Origin: an uncultured delta proteobacterium
GTDB taxonomy: Bacteria > Desulfobacterota > Syntrophia > Syntrophales > UBA2185
DNA: 64,000 nt
Direction of reading: 5' to 3'
NCBI GenBank assembly: GCA_963695875.1
Contig: CAVOID010000003.1
Location: 398,892-462,891, forward strand
In this document: piece by piece, positions 62,869-64,000 of the stretch
Layout: each line of letters begins with the position of its first letter
Numbering within the stretch: the stretch's first letter is position 1
Notes under the pieces: model-generated
The model's input: only the letters and a program-made list of their open reading frames with translations
Database searches by the model: none
Told to the model about the DNA's origin: nothing
Program-made: the position numbers and the translations under genes

Positions 62869-64000
62869 ATGAAATTGAAGAGCGTTTATGATGTTTTTGC
62901 CGAAAGGGGATTTGTAGAACAGGTTACGGATGTGGAAGAACTCCGTGATCTCCTGCGGAATGAGAAAGTTACCTGTTATATTGGCTTTGATCCAACCGCC
63001 ACAAGTTTGCACATAGGGAGCCTTGTACCGATAATGGCTTTGATGCACATGCAGAAATATGGGCACAGGCCAATTGTCCTTATCGGGGGGGGGACGGGTC
63101 TGATTGGTGATCCGAGCGGGAAATCTGAAATGCGTCAGATTCTCACCCGTGACGAAATTGATTACAATACGTCGCGTTTGAAAAAACAGCTGTCGAAGTA
63201 CCTGTATTTTGGAAATGGGAAGGCTGTATTATTGAATAATGCAGAATGGCTGACGGAACTAAAATACGTTGAATTTTTGAGGGACATAGGAAAGCACTTT
63301 AGCGTAAACAAAATGCTGGCAGCGGAAAGCTACAGAATGCGTCTGGAAACAGGCCTTAACTTTATCGAGTTTAATTACATGCTCCTCCAGGCCTATGACT
63401 TTTTATATTTATTCAAGAATTATGGATGTATTCTTCAGATGGGAGGGAATGATCAGTGGGGTAATATGCTAGCCGGCAGTGATCTCATAAGAAGAATTGA
63501 AGGTAAAAATGCTTACAGCATGACATTCCCTCTCATTACAACTTCGCACGGACATAAGATGGGTAAGACAGAGAGAGGAACTGTATGGCTTGATCCGCAA
63601 CTGACGTCTCCCTATGAGTATTATCAATACTGGATAAATACTGATGATTCCGATGTGGAAAGATTTCTGGCACTCTTCACTTTTTTGCCAATGGAAGAGG
63701 TCAGGGAAGTCCTAAACCTGGTCGATTCACAGTTAAACATGGCTAAAGCCGTCCTGGCCTTTGAAGCGACTGTAATTACACATGGCCGTGAGTCCGCAAC
63801 GGCTGCATGGAGAGCTTCCGCAACAAAATTTAATACTAGGTCTGTGGAAAAAAGACTTTTTCCATCAAGCAGCATTCCAAGAGAAGATGCTGCGCGTGAT
63901 GTGTCAGCTATACCCTCAATTGAGAAATCCAGGTCTGAACTCGAAACGGGCATCCCTGCTTTTAAACTTGCCTGTGAAGCCGGTTTAGCCCGAACCAGTG
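62869..64000 (+). CDS. tyrS: Tyrosine-tRNA ligase, runs off the window end
   Basis: YIGFDPTATSLHIG, GDPSGK, LQAYDF, GGNDQWGN, KMGKT. Confidence 0.96.
   Translation, partial: MKLKSVYDVFAERGFVEQVTDVEELRDLLRNEKVTCYIGFDPTATSLHIGSLVPIMALMHMQKYGHRPIVLIGGGTGLIGDPSGKSEMRQILTRDEIDYNTSRLKKQLSKYLYFGNGKAVLLNNAEWLTELKYVEFLRDIGKHFSVNKMLAAESYRMRLETGLNFIEFNYMLLQAYDFLYLFKNYGCILQMGGNDQWGNMLAGSDLIRRIEGKNAYSMTFPLITTSHGHKMGKTERGTVWLDPQLTSPYEYYQYWINTDDSDVERFLALFTFLPMEEVREVLNLVDSQLNMAKAVLAFEATVITHGRESATAAWRASATKFNTRSVEKRLFPSSSIPREDAARDVSAIPSIEKSRSELETGIPAFKLACEAGLARTS

Noticed and set aside
1..64000. CRISPR array, cas genes, prophage, integrase or defence island
   Set aside because: No regularly spaced repeat-spacer units and no such proteins seen

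Overview
Mostly core chromosome of a Deltaproteobacterium. Gene content and order suggest Desulfobacterota, Syntrophales-like; this is inference. Housekeeping blocks: pheT-ihfA-merR, ptsH-ptsI, plsB-like, atpZ-atpI-atpB, priA-dksA-rfaE2-comF-rsfS, mnmE-jag-yidC-yidD-rnpA-rpmH, uvrB/uvrC, proB-obgE-csp-rpmA-rplU, tsaC-purE-purH-purD, zapB-zapA-6S RNA-rny-ymdB-tyrS. Many essential genes are frameshifted, most likely by sequencing indels. Highlights: (1) a tightly coupled five-gene cassette, sirtuin-GNAT-NRDE/TANGO2-Nudix-Zn deacetylase, a candidate protein-acylation control system; (2) a selenoprotein (in-frame UGA plus SECIS-like hairpin) that the ORF track truncates; (3) an oriC-like DnaA-box region beside rpmH with no dnaA, containing a structured segment; (4) atpB not followed by atpE; (5) an archaeal-type PurD; (6) several MITE/REP-like repeat families and an IS91-like transposase scar.
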